This document shows positions 1 through 7,872 of a DNA stretch of 33,206 nucleotides, one piece after another. The notes under the pieces were generated by a model. It saw nothing but the letters and a program-made list of their open reading frames with translations. It did no database searches and was not told where the DNA came from. Source of the DNA: an uncultured virus (IMG/VR IMGVR_UViG_3300030101_004641) (Duplodnaviria; Heunggongvirae; Uroviricota; Caudoviricetes); IMG/VR virus record IMGVR_UViG_3300030101_004641; one strand, given 5' to 3'. The stretch's first letter is position 1; every line of letters begins with the position of its first letter. The position numbers were made by a program, and so were the translations under genes.

Positions 1-93
1 AAGAAAGTAAATAAGACTAGAGCAGTAGTTTCCATAGAAAACAAACTACATGACTACAATGTTCCATTTGCACTAATCGAGGTGAAGAACTAA
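1..93 (+). CDS. 3' end of a hypothetical protein (truncated by window start)
   Basis: Frame 1 is open from base 1 (KKVNKTRAVVSIENKLHDYNVPFALIEVKN*); TAATG overlap with next ORF. Confidence 0.6.
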   Translation, partial: KKVNKTRAVVSIENKLHDYNVPFALIEVKN

Positions 94-302
94 TGAAACA
101 AGACGTATTACAGGATATTGCCTGCCTATCTTTGATGAGGTCAGGAGGTCAAAAGTGGAAAGATGATTGTCTTAAAGCTATTGAATTAATTAAACAAGGC
201 ACTTTTGATGCTGACCTTGAAGAATTTACTCAAGGTAGTGCTGACATTGAAACAGTATCAGATTACATAATTCAAAAAATTAGGAGAACTAACAATGCAT
301 GA
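93..302 (+). CDS. hypothetical phage protein
   Basis: 69 aa; GAGGTG SD upstream; coupled to neighbours. Confidence 0.75.
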   Translation: MKQDVLQDIACLSLMRSGGQKWKDDCLKAIELIKQGTFDADLEEFTQGSADIETVSDYIIQKIRRTNNA

Positions 303-510
303 TTATTTAAAAGAAATCTATTTTGATTATTGTCTTAAGAATGATATGCCTAAGCATTCTGAATCTGCTCCACATAAAGGTTATTTATCAGCAGATGATC
401 TCTTATGCAGTAATTATCAATTGACTAAATCACAAGTATCTTGGATAAAAAATTACATAAGATTATGGAACATCCTTGAGGATACATGGTTAGAAGAGGA
501 GCAAAACTAA
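295..510 (+). CDS. hypothetical phage protein
   Basis: 71 aa; AGGAG SD; overlaps upstream stop. Confidence 0.75.
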   Translation: MHDYLKEIYFDYCLKNDMPKHSESAPHKGYLSADDLLCSNYQLTKSQVSWIKNYIRLWNILEDTWLEEEQN

Positions 511-758
511 TGCAGATTACATCTAAAAATGGCTGTATGGTCATTGATTATTACCCAGTTATGACTCCTACTAAAAAATTATTAGCTAATTATCGTTTAA
601 GAGTTTTAACTTTTATTGGGCAAACTCAAAACAAAGAATTAATTTCTGAAAAAGAAATGATAACTGATAGAGATTTATTAACTAAGGATGGTTCTTTTAA
701 AATTTCCTGCCAGACAAATCGCCCACCACAACTTATGACATTTACGGAGGTCAAGTAA
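510..758 (+). CDS. hypothetical phage protein
   Basis: Track ORF 486..758; start moved to TAATG overlap at 510 with GAGGAG SD. Confidence 0.75.
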   Translation: MQITSKNGCMVIDYYPVMTPTKKLLANYRLRVLTFIGQTQNKELISEKEMITDRDLLTKDGSFKISCQTNRPPQLMTFTEVK

Positions 759-940
759 TGTTTATTCAATCAACAGAAAAACAAGGCACCTTTAGAGCCT
801 GCGAAGAAGGTCATAAATTACTAAAACTAATTGATGACATGGGATGGGATTACGATAGATTCTCATCATCAGGACAAGAAACATATGACAAAATTTGCAA
901 AATTATAGGTACTCCAGAGGAGGATTTAACCCATGCCTAA
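758..940 (+). CDS. hypothetical phage protein
   Basis: 60 aa; GGAGG SD; TAATG coupling. Confidence 0.75.
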   Translation: MFIQSTEKQGTFRACEEGHKLLKLIDDMGWDYDRFSSSGQETYDKICKIIGTPEEDLTHA

Positions 941-1190
941 AACAAAATCAAAACCACAAACTTGGGAACAAAGAATCTCAAAACAATTAGTCGGAAGAAA
1001 GATCGTAGAAGTGCGATGGATGACTAAGAAAGAAGCTGATGAAAACTATTGGGATTATCAGCCAGTTCTATTAATACTTGATGATGGAACAGCCCTCTGC
1101 CCTATGTCAGACGATGAGGGTAACAATGCAGGGGCATTGTGTCACCTTGGCGGTGAAGAAGAAACTATTCCAGTAATGAGGGAAAGATAA
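933..1190 (+). CDS. conserved-looking hypothetical phage protein
   Basis: 85 aa; GAGGAGG SD; LVGRKIVEVRWM...LDDG...SDDEGN.AGAL pattern. Confidence 0.8.
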   Translation: MPKTKSKPQTWEQRISKQLVGRKIVEVRWMTKKEADENYWDYQPVLLILDDGTALCPMSDDEGNNAGALCHLGGEEETIPVMRER

Positions 1191-1423
1191 TGGATTCAAA
1201 AATAAGAGACAAAATTTTGCACAGATGTGAAATCCTTAGATACATGGGGGATGATGGTATTTCTTGCATATATGACCAACTACCCGATGATGAACTCATG
1301 GAGGACTGTGGATGGGTCTTGGATAAGGCTCATGATGATTTAGATCAGTATCAATTCCAAGTTACTAAAAAGATCATTAACGAAGCTCCTAAGAGAGCTA
1401 CTAGTAAAGATATGTGGAGCTAA
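1190..1423 (+). CDS. hypothetical phage protein
   Basis: 77 aa; TAATG coupling. Confidence 0.75.
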   Translation: MDSKIRDKILHRCEILRYMGDDGISCIYDQLPDDELMEDCGWVLDKAHDDLDQYQFQVTKKIINEAPKRATSKDMWS

Positions 1424-1425
1424 TC

Positions 1426-1650
1426 ATGACTACTTACAGAATTACTTGTAAAGAGGAAGTCATCTTCGTAAAAGAAGTAGAAGCTAACTCAGAGGATGAA
1501 GCAAGAGAAAAGCTTAATAACGATGTCAATGATTTTAAAACTTTCAAAGAATGGACAGAAGCTTGGGAGATAGCTGATATTGAAGAAAAAGAATCCCATA
1601 AAAAGACATGGGCAAACACATTCCCTACAAGAGGAGTAAGACCAAAATGA
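1426..1650 (+). CDS. hypothetical phage protein
   Basis: Track ORF 1414..1650; likely start 1426 (GGAG SD); Y.I......VEA.SEDEA motif common in small phage proteins. Confidence 0.75.
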   Translation: MTTYRITCKEEVIFVKEVEANSEDEAREKLNNDVNDFKTFKEWTEAWEIADIEEKESHKKTWANTFPTRGVRPK

Positions 1651-1814
1651 AACAAGACAAAAACTTTGAGCCATTAAATGAAACAGAAATGGACTGGCTT
1701 GCACAGCACAGATTCGATCTCTATTACAGCCTTAACGTGGATGAGATGTATCCAAAGGATCAGGAAATCTTTAGGTCAATCAGTGAAAAATTAGAAAAAT
1801 CAGATAAATCATGA
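1647..1814 (+). CDS. hypothetical phage protein
   Basis: Track ORF 1608..1814; start moved to ATGA overlap at 1647 with GAGGAG SD. Confidence 0.7.
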   Translation: MKQDKNFEPLNETEMDWLAQHRFDLYYSLNVDEMYPKDQEIFRSISEKLEKSDKS

Positions 1815-1930
1815 AAATTTCTAATCGCACAAGAGCCTACAACAGCTACGAAAAAAGTCTTTGGTATGTTTATACCCTTCAACCTGGGTATCAATTGTTA
1901 CATGGCTCTTTTCCCCGCCACCACTATTAA
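1811..1930 (+). CDS. small hypothetical protein (39 aa)
   Basis: ATGA overlap; MKISNRTRAYNSYEKSLWYVYTLQPGYQLLHGSFPRHHY* fills the gap between ORFs. Confidence 0.45.
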   Translation: MKISNRTRAYNSYEKSLWYVYTLQPGYQLLHGSFPRHHY

Positions 1931-1940
1931 TTAATTAACT

Positions 1941-2474
1941 ATGCGACCTTTACGATGCCATTTATTAATAGGACAGCCCGCAAGTGGTAAGTCTTATTTA
2001 GCTAAGGAATTAGCACAACATTTAAATGCTGATATTCTCTCTACAGATCAAATTAGATTCTGGTTATATGGAGATGAAAATGTACAGGGAGATTGGCATG
2101 AAATAGAACAGGTTTTATTTGAAAAAATAAATCAAAATTTATCTAGAAATAAATCATTTATTATTGATGCCACTCATGCTAAATCAGATTGGAGAACTAG
2201 ATGGACTCAGGAAGAATTCAGTAAGCCTATTCACTGGGTAGGTTGGTGGTTCGATACATCTAGAACCATGAGTATAAAAAGGAACAGCACTAGGAGGAGA
2301 GTAGTTCCTAATTATGTAATCATTAACAACTGGTTGGAGTTACAAAAGAATCCACCGAACCTTACTGAGGGTTTCAATAGGATATATAGGTTTGACTCCA
2401 CTCTAAAATCTGGTATAAAGAAGTTCCAATCATTTATTAGACAGGAGGTTAGCCTATCATGCAAAACCAGATAA
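1941..2474 (+). CDS. P-loop kinase (AAA_33 / polynucleotide-kinase-like)
   Basis: Walker A GQPASGKS, STDQIR, IIDATH, and R..R.R.VP lid motif. Confidence 0.85.
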   Translation: MRPLRCHLLIGQPASGKSYLAKELAQHLNADILSTDQIRFWLYGDENVQGDWHEIEQVLFEKINQNLSRNKSFIIDATHAKSDWRTRWTQEEFSKPIHWVGWWFDTSRTMSIKRNSTRRRVVPNYVIINNWLELQKNPPNLTEGFNRIYRFDSTLKSGIKKFQSFIRQEVSLSCKTR

Positions 2475-2734
2475 ACCCAAAGTTTATTGAAGTACTGGTG
2501 AGAGAGTCTTTCGATTGCTTTCAAAGAGGAGATATAGATGATGCTAAGTCTCTATTGATATCCTTCTTGCAACAATGTGAGCCTGTACTCATTCCTTATT
2601 TTGAAAGATCAAAAAGGGAATTAAAAGAAATGCATTACATCAGAAAACATTCTGAAGATCCATCTGCTGTATTTTCAGCGGATGTAATTATTAAATACTT
2701 TGAACGAAAAGGAATCACTCATGAATTTAAATGA
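2459..2734 (+). CDS. hypothetical phage protein
   Basis: 91 aa; AGGAGG SD. Confidence 0.7.
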   Translation: MQNQINPKFIEVLVRESFDCFQRGDIDDAKSLLISFLQQCEPVLIPYFERSKRELKEMHYIRKHSEDPSAVFSADVIIKYFERKGITHEFK

Positions 2735-3470
2735 AGCTAGAGCCAAGATTGCAAAGGTCTTAAGGCTAGAAACATCAAGTAACTCAGGAGAAGCTGCTAA
2801 CGCTGCTTCAAAGGTCGAAGAGTTATGTAAGAAGTATGGACTAACAAGGGAGCAAAGTGAAGGCTATGACCCCCAGGTGGACGAAATTATCGAATTTCCA
2901 TTCGGTCGTACATACATGAAAGCTAATGTTCCAATTAACTATTTAATTGGTGCTGTTTCTAAATACTTTAATGGTCAAAATATTGTTATTCCTCTAACCG
3001 ATCAGTTTGGTTATCCTACTGGTAAAAAAAGAATGCAAGTAATTGCATCTAAAGGTAATAAAATTCAAATCGAATTATATCTTGATTATTTAATTCACAC
3101 TATGAATAAATTAGCTGATAAAGCTAAGAAGTCTGGAGCATGGGGAACAAAAGTATCAACATATAAATCAAATTGGAAGAAAGGATTTGCACTAAAAGTT
3201 GCTGAAAGATTAATTTTTATGAAAAAAGCACAACAACGTGTAGGTAAACCAGAATTAAATCAACCTGCATTAGTTGTTGTAAATAATAATTCTAAAGAAC
3301 AGAAAGCAAGTTTAGCTTTTTTAAATGAAAAGTATCCAAGAAGAAGAAAGACAAAACGTAGTCGTTCTTACGGAGAAGGTTATTCTCATGGGGTACAGGC
3401 AGGAGAATCTGTAGGACTTAACAAACAAACTAAAAGTTCTAAAAATACACTACAATTAACTAGCGGTTAA
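2721..3470 (+). CDS. DUF2786 domain protein
   Basis: N-terminal KIAKVLRL..S.N.GEAANA..K..EL..KYGL; C-terminal GY..G..AG.SV.L; ATG 2721 is in frame with track ORF 2700. Confidence 0.8.
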   Translation: MNLNEARAKIAKVLRLETSSNSGEAANAASKVEELCKKYGLTREQSEGYDPQVDEIIEFPFGRTYMKANVPINYLIGAVSKYFNGQNIVIPLTDQFGYPTGKKRMQVIASKGNKIQIELYLDYLIHTMNKLADKAKKSGAWGTKVSTYKSNWKKGFALKVAERLIFMKKAQQRVGKPELNQPALVVVNNNSKEQKASLAFLNEKYPRRRKTKRSRSYGEGYSHGVQAGESVGLNKQTKSSKNTLQLTSG

Positions 3471-3527
3471 TTACGTGACCTTGGAAGTCCTTAAACTCAT
3501 CAATTGTTCACTTTACTCATTAAATCA

Positions 3528-3986
3528 ATGACAACCAGCAATCGCAAAACAACTGAAGAAACAGCTACAAAAAGAGAACTCTTTGACAAACCTGTACAAA
3601 GACAAACTAATGTAACTAAAAAATCAGTTATTTCCGATCCAGAAGTCTCAATCAATGACAGATTAGAATTATTGGCTGAGCTTACTGCATTAATTAAAGA
3701 TACAAAAAGCAAAATTGAATCTGTAAAAGACACATTCAAAAATGATTTAATATCTTTCTTAGATAATGCAGATGATGATAGACCTATGATCACTCACAAT
3801 ACAGATAAGAATAAAAAAGTCTATCTCCAAATAAGAAAAACATATCAGTATGAAGAGAAGCTTGCTCTTAAAGCTGAAAAAATTAGAAACTTACAACAAG
3901 ATCTAAAAGCTGAACAGGAGAAAGCTGTCCGTTATGGTAAAGCTGAGTTAGTCAAACAAGACTTCAGTGTAGTTTTTAAGGGGTAA
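3528..3986 (+). CDS. hypothetical coiled-coil protein
   Basis: Track ORF 3504..3986; first ATG at 3528. Confidence 0.75.
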   Translation: MTTSNRKTTEETATKRELFDKPVQRQTNVTKKSVISDPEVSINDRLELLAELTALIKDTKSKIESVKDTFKNDLISFLDNADDDRPMITHNTDKNKKVYLQIRKTYQYEEKLALKAEKIRNLQQDLKAEQEKAVRYGKAELVKQDFSVVFKG

Positions 3987-3988
3987 TA

Positions 3989-4333
3989 ATGTTATTTCCA
4001 GTAAAAACACCACCAGAAGTATCTGACTTTGGCTCTTGTGCTATCACAGTAGGACTCTTAGACGTTCCCCAAGAAATATGGGAGCGTCTATTAAGTCGTC
4101 ACTTTAAGGGAGACTGGGGCGATCTATGTGATAGCGATAAAGCTACTAATGATAGAGCCTTCAAGGAAGGTAAAACACATTGGATGTATTCCGTCTACAA
4201 GAATGCTTACAAAGGTAAAGACATTTGTATAGAGACAAATGGCTACAAATTACCAAGAGAGGTAATGGATCTTTCTAATCATAAAGTAGAAGACTACAAC
4301 CATACAGTGATTATGTTTCCATCAGAACGCTAG
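3989..4333 (+). CDS. phage/plasmid-associated hypothetical protein (GDWGDL family)
   Basis: LLSRH..GDWGDL...D...N..A...G....S.Y and C-terminal T.IMFPSE motif. Confidence 0.8.
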   Translation: MLFPVKTPPEVSDFGSCAITVGLLDVPQEIWERLLSRHFKGDWGDLCDSDKATNDRAFKEGKTHWMYSVYKNAYKGKDICIETNGYKLPREVMDLSNHKVEDYNHTVIMFPSER

Positions 4334-4340
4334 TCATTCC

Positions 4341-4374
4341 AGGGGGTTTGAAGTTTTTCAAATCCCTTTCTATT
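4341..4374 (+). terminator. strong hairpin, possible terminator or processing site
   Basis: AGGGGGTTTGAA-GTTT-TTCAAATCCCTT stem (G-U pairs on + strand) followed by a weak T tract, intergenic. Confidence 0.55.
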
Positions 4375-4398
4375 AATCACTTTACTAACACCAAAACA

Positions 4399-4860
4399 AT
4401 GCCTAAAACTAAGAAAGAAAAATGGATTGCAAAAGAAAATGCAAGACTTTTAAAAATACATCATGATTATATAGATAAGCATAGAAGGAATGAAGATATC
4501 ATTACAAACAACTTATGGCAGATAGGTTTATTACATTCATCTGTTCGAACACTAACAAATCAATATTGTTTCTTTAAAGATCATGATTTTGATGATGATC
4601 AAACTGAAATAATATCTGCCTGTGTAGGAGAGTGTAAAGATCCTTACAAACCTGAGAGCACTATCTATCATGAGATTAAATTTGGAATGAGAATTATTAG
4701 AGAGGAACAGGAACGATTATCTAATAGAGTATATGAATTACGTCAGGAGTTGAAAGAAAGAGGTGATATAGGAGATTCATATAAACTATATCTTCAAGCA
4801 TCTGATGAAAAAGTTTTATCTAAAAAGTATGATGAATTAATTACAAAGGAGGAAAAGTAA
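4399..4860 (+). CDS. hypothetical phage protein
   Basis: Track ORF 4348..4860; first ATG at 4399, downstream of the hairpin. Confidence 0.75.
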   Translation: MPKTKKEKWIAKENARLLKIHHDYIDKHRRNEDIITNNLWQIGLLHSSVRTLTNQYCFFKDHDFDDDQTEIISACVGECKDPYKPESTIYHEIKFGMRIIREEQERLSNRVYELRQELKERGDIGDSYKLYLQASDEKVLSKKYDELITKEEK

Positions 4861-4982
4861 TGCACTTTTTAATAGGCATAGCTTGCGGAGCATCTATTCT
4901 TTATTACTTCTATCTAATGGCTAATTTTTTAGATTTAAAAGCAATTAAAAAACGTAAAAGAAAACTAAGGAGGAAAAAGTAA
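4860..4982 (+). CDS. small membrane protein with basic tail (40 aa)
   Basis: AAGGAGG SD, TAATG coupling; MHFLIGIACGASILYYFYLMANFLDLKAIKKRKRKLRRKK*. Confidence 0.7.
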   Translation: MHFLIGIACGASILYYFYLMANFLDLKAIKKRKRKLRRKK

Positions 4983-5152
4983 TGACAACTAAATCATGTA
5001 ACACAGAACAACAATGGGCTTGCAAATTTGATGATTGGCTTCAGAATGAGTATGAGTTTACTCAAGAAGAAGTTGATGAGTTACAGGCAGACAGAAAGCG
5101 ACAAGTCAGACGAGAAACTTCTCAGAAGACTTTTAACAGAAGAGATGCCTAA
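4982..5152 (+). CDS. small hypothetical protein (56 aa)
   Basis: AAGGAGG SD, TAATG coupling; MTTKSCNTEQQWACKFDDW...RRDA*. Confidence 0.7.
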   Translation: MTTKSCNTEQQWACKFDDWLQNEYEFTQEEVDELQADRKRQVRRETSQKTFNRRDA

Positions 5153-5585
5153 AGAAGATGCAAAGAAGATAATCAGTCATGTTTTCAGCGATTTAATCAA
5201 ATGGACATATGATGATGCTTTTTTTCACCTTACTGAAATTTTTAACTTTACTGATGAGGAATCAGATCAACTTATAAAAGAGTATGACATTTTGTCCTCC
5301 TCCACCAAAGAAGTTATTATGCACACCCCACCAAGCTTTGAAGCTACAGCTGCAAGAGATCTAGATGATTACAAATCTAATCTATGGCAAGCCAGAAAAA
5401 TACTGGTAAATGCTAAGAAATTAATCTCAGCAACTGCTCTTACCAGAAGAGATTATCCTAGTCAGATAGCCTTCGAGGATGCAGTAGTCAGAAGAGCTGA
5501 ACTACAAGCAAATTTTCTCAATATAACTAAATATATTGATGATCACTTAGCATTTGTAAAAAATCACACACAGCCTGGAAAATGA
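5145..5585 (+). CDS. hypothetical phage protein
   Basis: Track ORF 5028..5585; start more likely ATG 5145 overlapping the previous stop. Confidence 0.7.
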   Translation: MPKEDAKKIISHVFSDLIKWTYDDAFFHLTEIFNFTDEESDQLIKEYDILSSSTKEVIMHTPPSFEATAARDLDDYKSNLWQARKILVNAKKLISATALTRRDYPSQIAFEDAVVRRAELQANFLNITKYIDDHLAFVKNHTQPGK

Positions 5586-5791
5586 AATTAAAAGAACTTT
5601 TACCAGAAAATGTATTTGAATTAAAAGAAGATTCATTACCAGACACCACAGATGCAGATCCTTGGGGAAAGGTAATGGTATTTAGAAAAGATGTAGGTTG
5701 GACAGTTATTTATTTAGAGTCTGTTCAGCAATTTTATAAACATCTTAATCACACACATTGGACTTATACACCAGAGATTCCCCATGAATAA
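5582..5791 (+). CDS. hypothetical phage protein
   Basis: 69 aa; ATGA overlap; P...DAD..G.V....GW....THW pattern. Confidence 0.75.
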   Translation: MKLKELLPENVFELKEDSLPDTTDADPWGKVMVFRKDVGWTVIYLESVQQFYKHLNHTHWTYTPEIPHE

Positions 5792-6077
5792 AAAAGAATA
5801 CTCTTATGTAGTTATTTCTATTTCAGATAACTTACAGGAGATACAAGGAGTTTATCGTTCTACTGAGGCAGCATGTCTTGGAGCTAGGTATGCGTTGGCT
5901 ACTTTATTTCCGAAACATGGAGATGAAGTAAAGATCATAAGATGTGAAATTATCTCTACAGAGGAAGCTTTATCCAAAGTAGAAAAAGTAGAACCTAATC
6001 CTAATCCAGACATTTTTGATAAATGCGAGGATGGTTTCTGCCCCATGCCCACACAATTAACACAAGAGGTATCATGA
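5784..6077 (+). CDS. hypothetical protein with C-terminal CEDGFCPMP motif
   Basis: 97 aa; overlaps both neighbours. Confidence 0.7.
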   Translation: MNKKEYSYVVISISDNLQEIQGVYRSTEAACLGARYALATLFPKHGDEVKIIRCEIISTEEALSKVEKVEPNPNPDIFDKCEDGFCPMPTQLTQEVS

Positions 6078-6547
6078 CTAAAAGATCAACTAATGAAGAA
6101 AAACAATTACGAATAGAAAGAGCTGCTGATTTACTTGCAGAAGGTAATCAACCAAAGTTTGTAGTAAAAATGCTTGCCTCTGAATTTAACGTATCTCTTC
6201 AGATGGCTAGAGACTATGTGAGAGAAGGTAAAGAAGTAATGATTAATGATATTAATCCTAAAGATCGTGCCTTTATGTTTGCACAGGCATATAACAGTGT
6301 CTTACAAGACAGATTAGATGCAAGGGAAGCAAACAATCTTAATGTTCAATCTGGATCAACTAAGAGTTTAATTAAACTTGTAACATCAGTAACCACATTA
6401 GATCAGGTAGGATCTTGGGATAGTGCAAAAGAAGCAGAAGATAATTATTTATTCAAAAATTTCTCAGAAGTTAAAAACAAAAAAGTTAGGCATAGTGATT
6501 TAGATGCACTAGATAGTTTAACTGACAACACTGAAATTCCTTTTTAA
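6074..6547 (+). CDS. putative helix-turn-helix protein with acidic IPF tail
   Basis: ATGA overlap at 6074; RIE.A.DLL..G...V...LA.EFNVS...A..YV HTH-like segment. Confidence 0.7.
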   Translation: MTKRSTNEEKQLRIERAADLLAEGNQPKFVVKMLASEFNVSLQMARDYVREGKEVMINDINPKDRAFMFAQAYNSVLQDRLDAREANNLNVQSGSTKSLIKLVTSVTTLDQVGSWDSAKEAEDNYLFKNFSEVKNKKVRHSDLDALDSLTDNTEIPF

Positions 6548-6549
6548 CT

Positions 6550-6741
6550 ATGACAACTGCACAAGAATTTAGAAATCAAGCTGCTTTAACTCATCACGCT
6601 AGTAGAATAGCTGATGCTCTTGAAAGAATAGCAACTGTATTAGAGAGTAATGTCAATGTAAATATTGACCATGCTCATATTGATCAGATAGATCATAACC
6701 ACGTTGAGGGAAAGATACATACTCACGAAGACAAGTGGTAA
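6550..6741 (+). CDS. small cyanophage-type protein with His-rich C-terminus
   Basis: RIADALERIA..LE followed by IDHAHIDQIDHNH...HTH. Confidence 0.75.
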   Translation: MTTAQEFRNQAALTHHASRIADALERIATVLESNVNVNIDHAHIDQIDHNHVEGKIHTHEDKW

Positions 6742-6745
6742 CTAC

Positions 6746-6936
6746 TGGGGCGGAGGATGCCAAATTCATCGTTCTTCATACTGCTTTGATTGAACAGAAG
6801 AAACTGCTCGGTCTATGTGGTTTCCCGACCATCTGTCAATCATGAGATTTAGGTTCCCATCGAGGAGTAATAGTGGCACCAAGGGTTGAGAACTCCCATT
6901 CATGACTATTGCTAAGTATGATCTCGTAAGACCCCA
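6746..6936 (+). ncRNA. candidate structured RNA (~190 nt), family unknown
   Basis: Nested helices: 6746-6750/6932-6936, 6776-6782/6915-6921, 6787-6798/6832-6842, 6810-6813/6827-6830, 6866-6874/6905-6913; GC-richer than its surroundings. Confidence 0.55.
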
Positions 6937-6965
6937 AACAACTTTAATCCTTACACTTTTTAAAC

Positions 6966-7214
6966 ATGGACACATTTAAGTACAACATCAATGAAAGAGT
7001 TAAAGAAAGAAACTCTAATCGTATTCATGGCGGATATGTAAATCATTATGGTAAACATGAACTAATAAAAACTAGACGAGGTGTTGTTAAAGGTAGAAAT
7101 ATTAAAAAAAATAGTGTGGGAGCTAAAGTTACTTATTATCAAGTTCAATGGGATAATCAATCAAGACTTACAGAAATCCAGGCACACAGAATAGAACGTG
7201 AGGAAGCTAAGTGA
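6966..7214 (+). CDS. hypothetical protein, SH3-like pattern
   Basis: FKYNINERV...G.V...YY.VQWD pattern; 82 aa. Confidence 0.7.
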   Translation: MDTFKYNINERVKERNSNRIHGGYVNHYGKHELIKTRRGVVKGRNIKKNSVGAKVTYYQVQWDNQSRLTEIQAHRIEREEAK

Positions 7215-7429
7215 GAAAAAGAATTTCTTATGTAATCTGCCCTAAATGTGAAGTTTATACATTTCAAAAAATATTATTTACAAGAGTGCATGAAGATCAC
7301 AGAATCTTAAGAAAAAGATGTTGTGAAAGTTGCAACCATAAATGGAATACTATTCAACAACCAGAACAAACAGTAGATGATATTACTGAGAGAAGTTTTT
7401 TAGGAGGGGGGTATGAATCCTATAATTAA
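7211..7429 (+). CDS. NrdR-like zinc-ribbon protein (no ATP cone)
   Basis: CPKC...TR......LRKRCCESCNHKWNT resembles the NrdR N-terminus CPxC...SR...RRRRECxxCxxRFTT; GTGA overlap. Confidence 0.75.
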   Translation: MRKRISYVICPKCEVYTFQKILFTRVHEDHRILRKRCCESCNHKWNTIQQPEQTVDDITERSFLGGGYESYN

Positions 7430-7446
7430 AAATTAAAATAAAAATA

Positions 7447-7527
7447 ATGTTAATAGTTCTTGGAATACTTCTGACTCTAGGTTTGATAGGGATTGTTGTA
7501 TTAATGAAGATATACAACCCACATTAA
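7447..7527 (+). CDS. 26-aa single-TM micro-protein
   Basis: MLIVLGILLTLGLIGIVVLMKIYNPH*. Confidence 0.5.
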   Translation: MLIVLGILLTLGLIGIVVLMKIYNPH

Positions 7528-7562
7528 TTTACTTTCGTTTTTGCCGTTTTACTTTCGTTTTT
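7528..7562. repeat. 15-bp perfect direct repeat TTTACTTTCGTTTTT x2
   Basis: Copies at 7528-7542 and 7548-7562 (20-bp period). Confidence 0.9.
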
Positions 7563-7626
7563 AAGGGAGGGGTGTAAGAACCGTACCAGTTAACTAAGCA
7601 TATAATTTTTATATTCGGTTAACCGT

Positions 7627-7872
7627 ATGAAACTAGAAGAAGCTTGTCATTCATTAAAACTTGAATGTGCGTTGAGAGATCTTGGCTTTGTTGATGTGGG
7701 TTGGAGATGTGTGGCTCATGCAGGCATTTTCTTTGTACAACCTATAGGATTACCAGATGATCCAGAAGGAGATCTTTTAGGATTCTGTTTATCAATTCCT
7801 GCTACAAAAAATCATAAGATTGTAAGAGTTATATCAACAGCTAAGAAAGCATTGGATTTTGCTATAGGTTGA
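7627..7872 (+). CDS. cyanophage-type hypothetical protein
   Basis: 81 aa; LEEACHSLKLECALRDLGFVD.GW motif. Confidence 0.75.
   Translation: MKLEEACHSLKLECALRDLGFVDVGWRCVAHAGIFFVQPIGLPDDPEGDLLGFCLSIPATKNHKIVRVISTAKKALDFAIG

Noticed and set aside
1434..6052. Minus-strand track ORFs 1434, 1489, 2312, 3500 and 5852
   Set aside because: Antisense shadows of well-coupled + strand genes, with no recognisable motifs
6746..6936. tmRNA, tRNA or glnA riboswitch identity suggested by the GGGGCGG start and ATCGTTC
   Set aside because: No T-arm/CCA end, no Ala-Ala-ending tag frame and no glnA core pairing found
6766..6975. 69-aa minus-strand ORF
   Set aside because: Opposite to the operon, no motifs; the region is better explained as structured RNA
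7528..7562. Mini-CRISPR interpretation of the direct repeat
   Set aside because: Two 15-bp copies with a 5-bp spacer, and no cas genes
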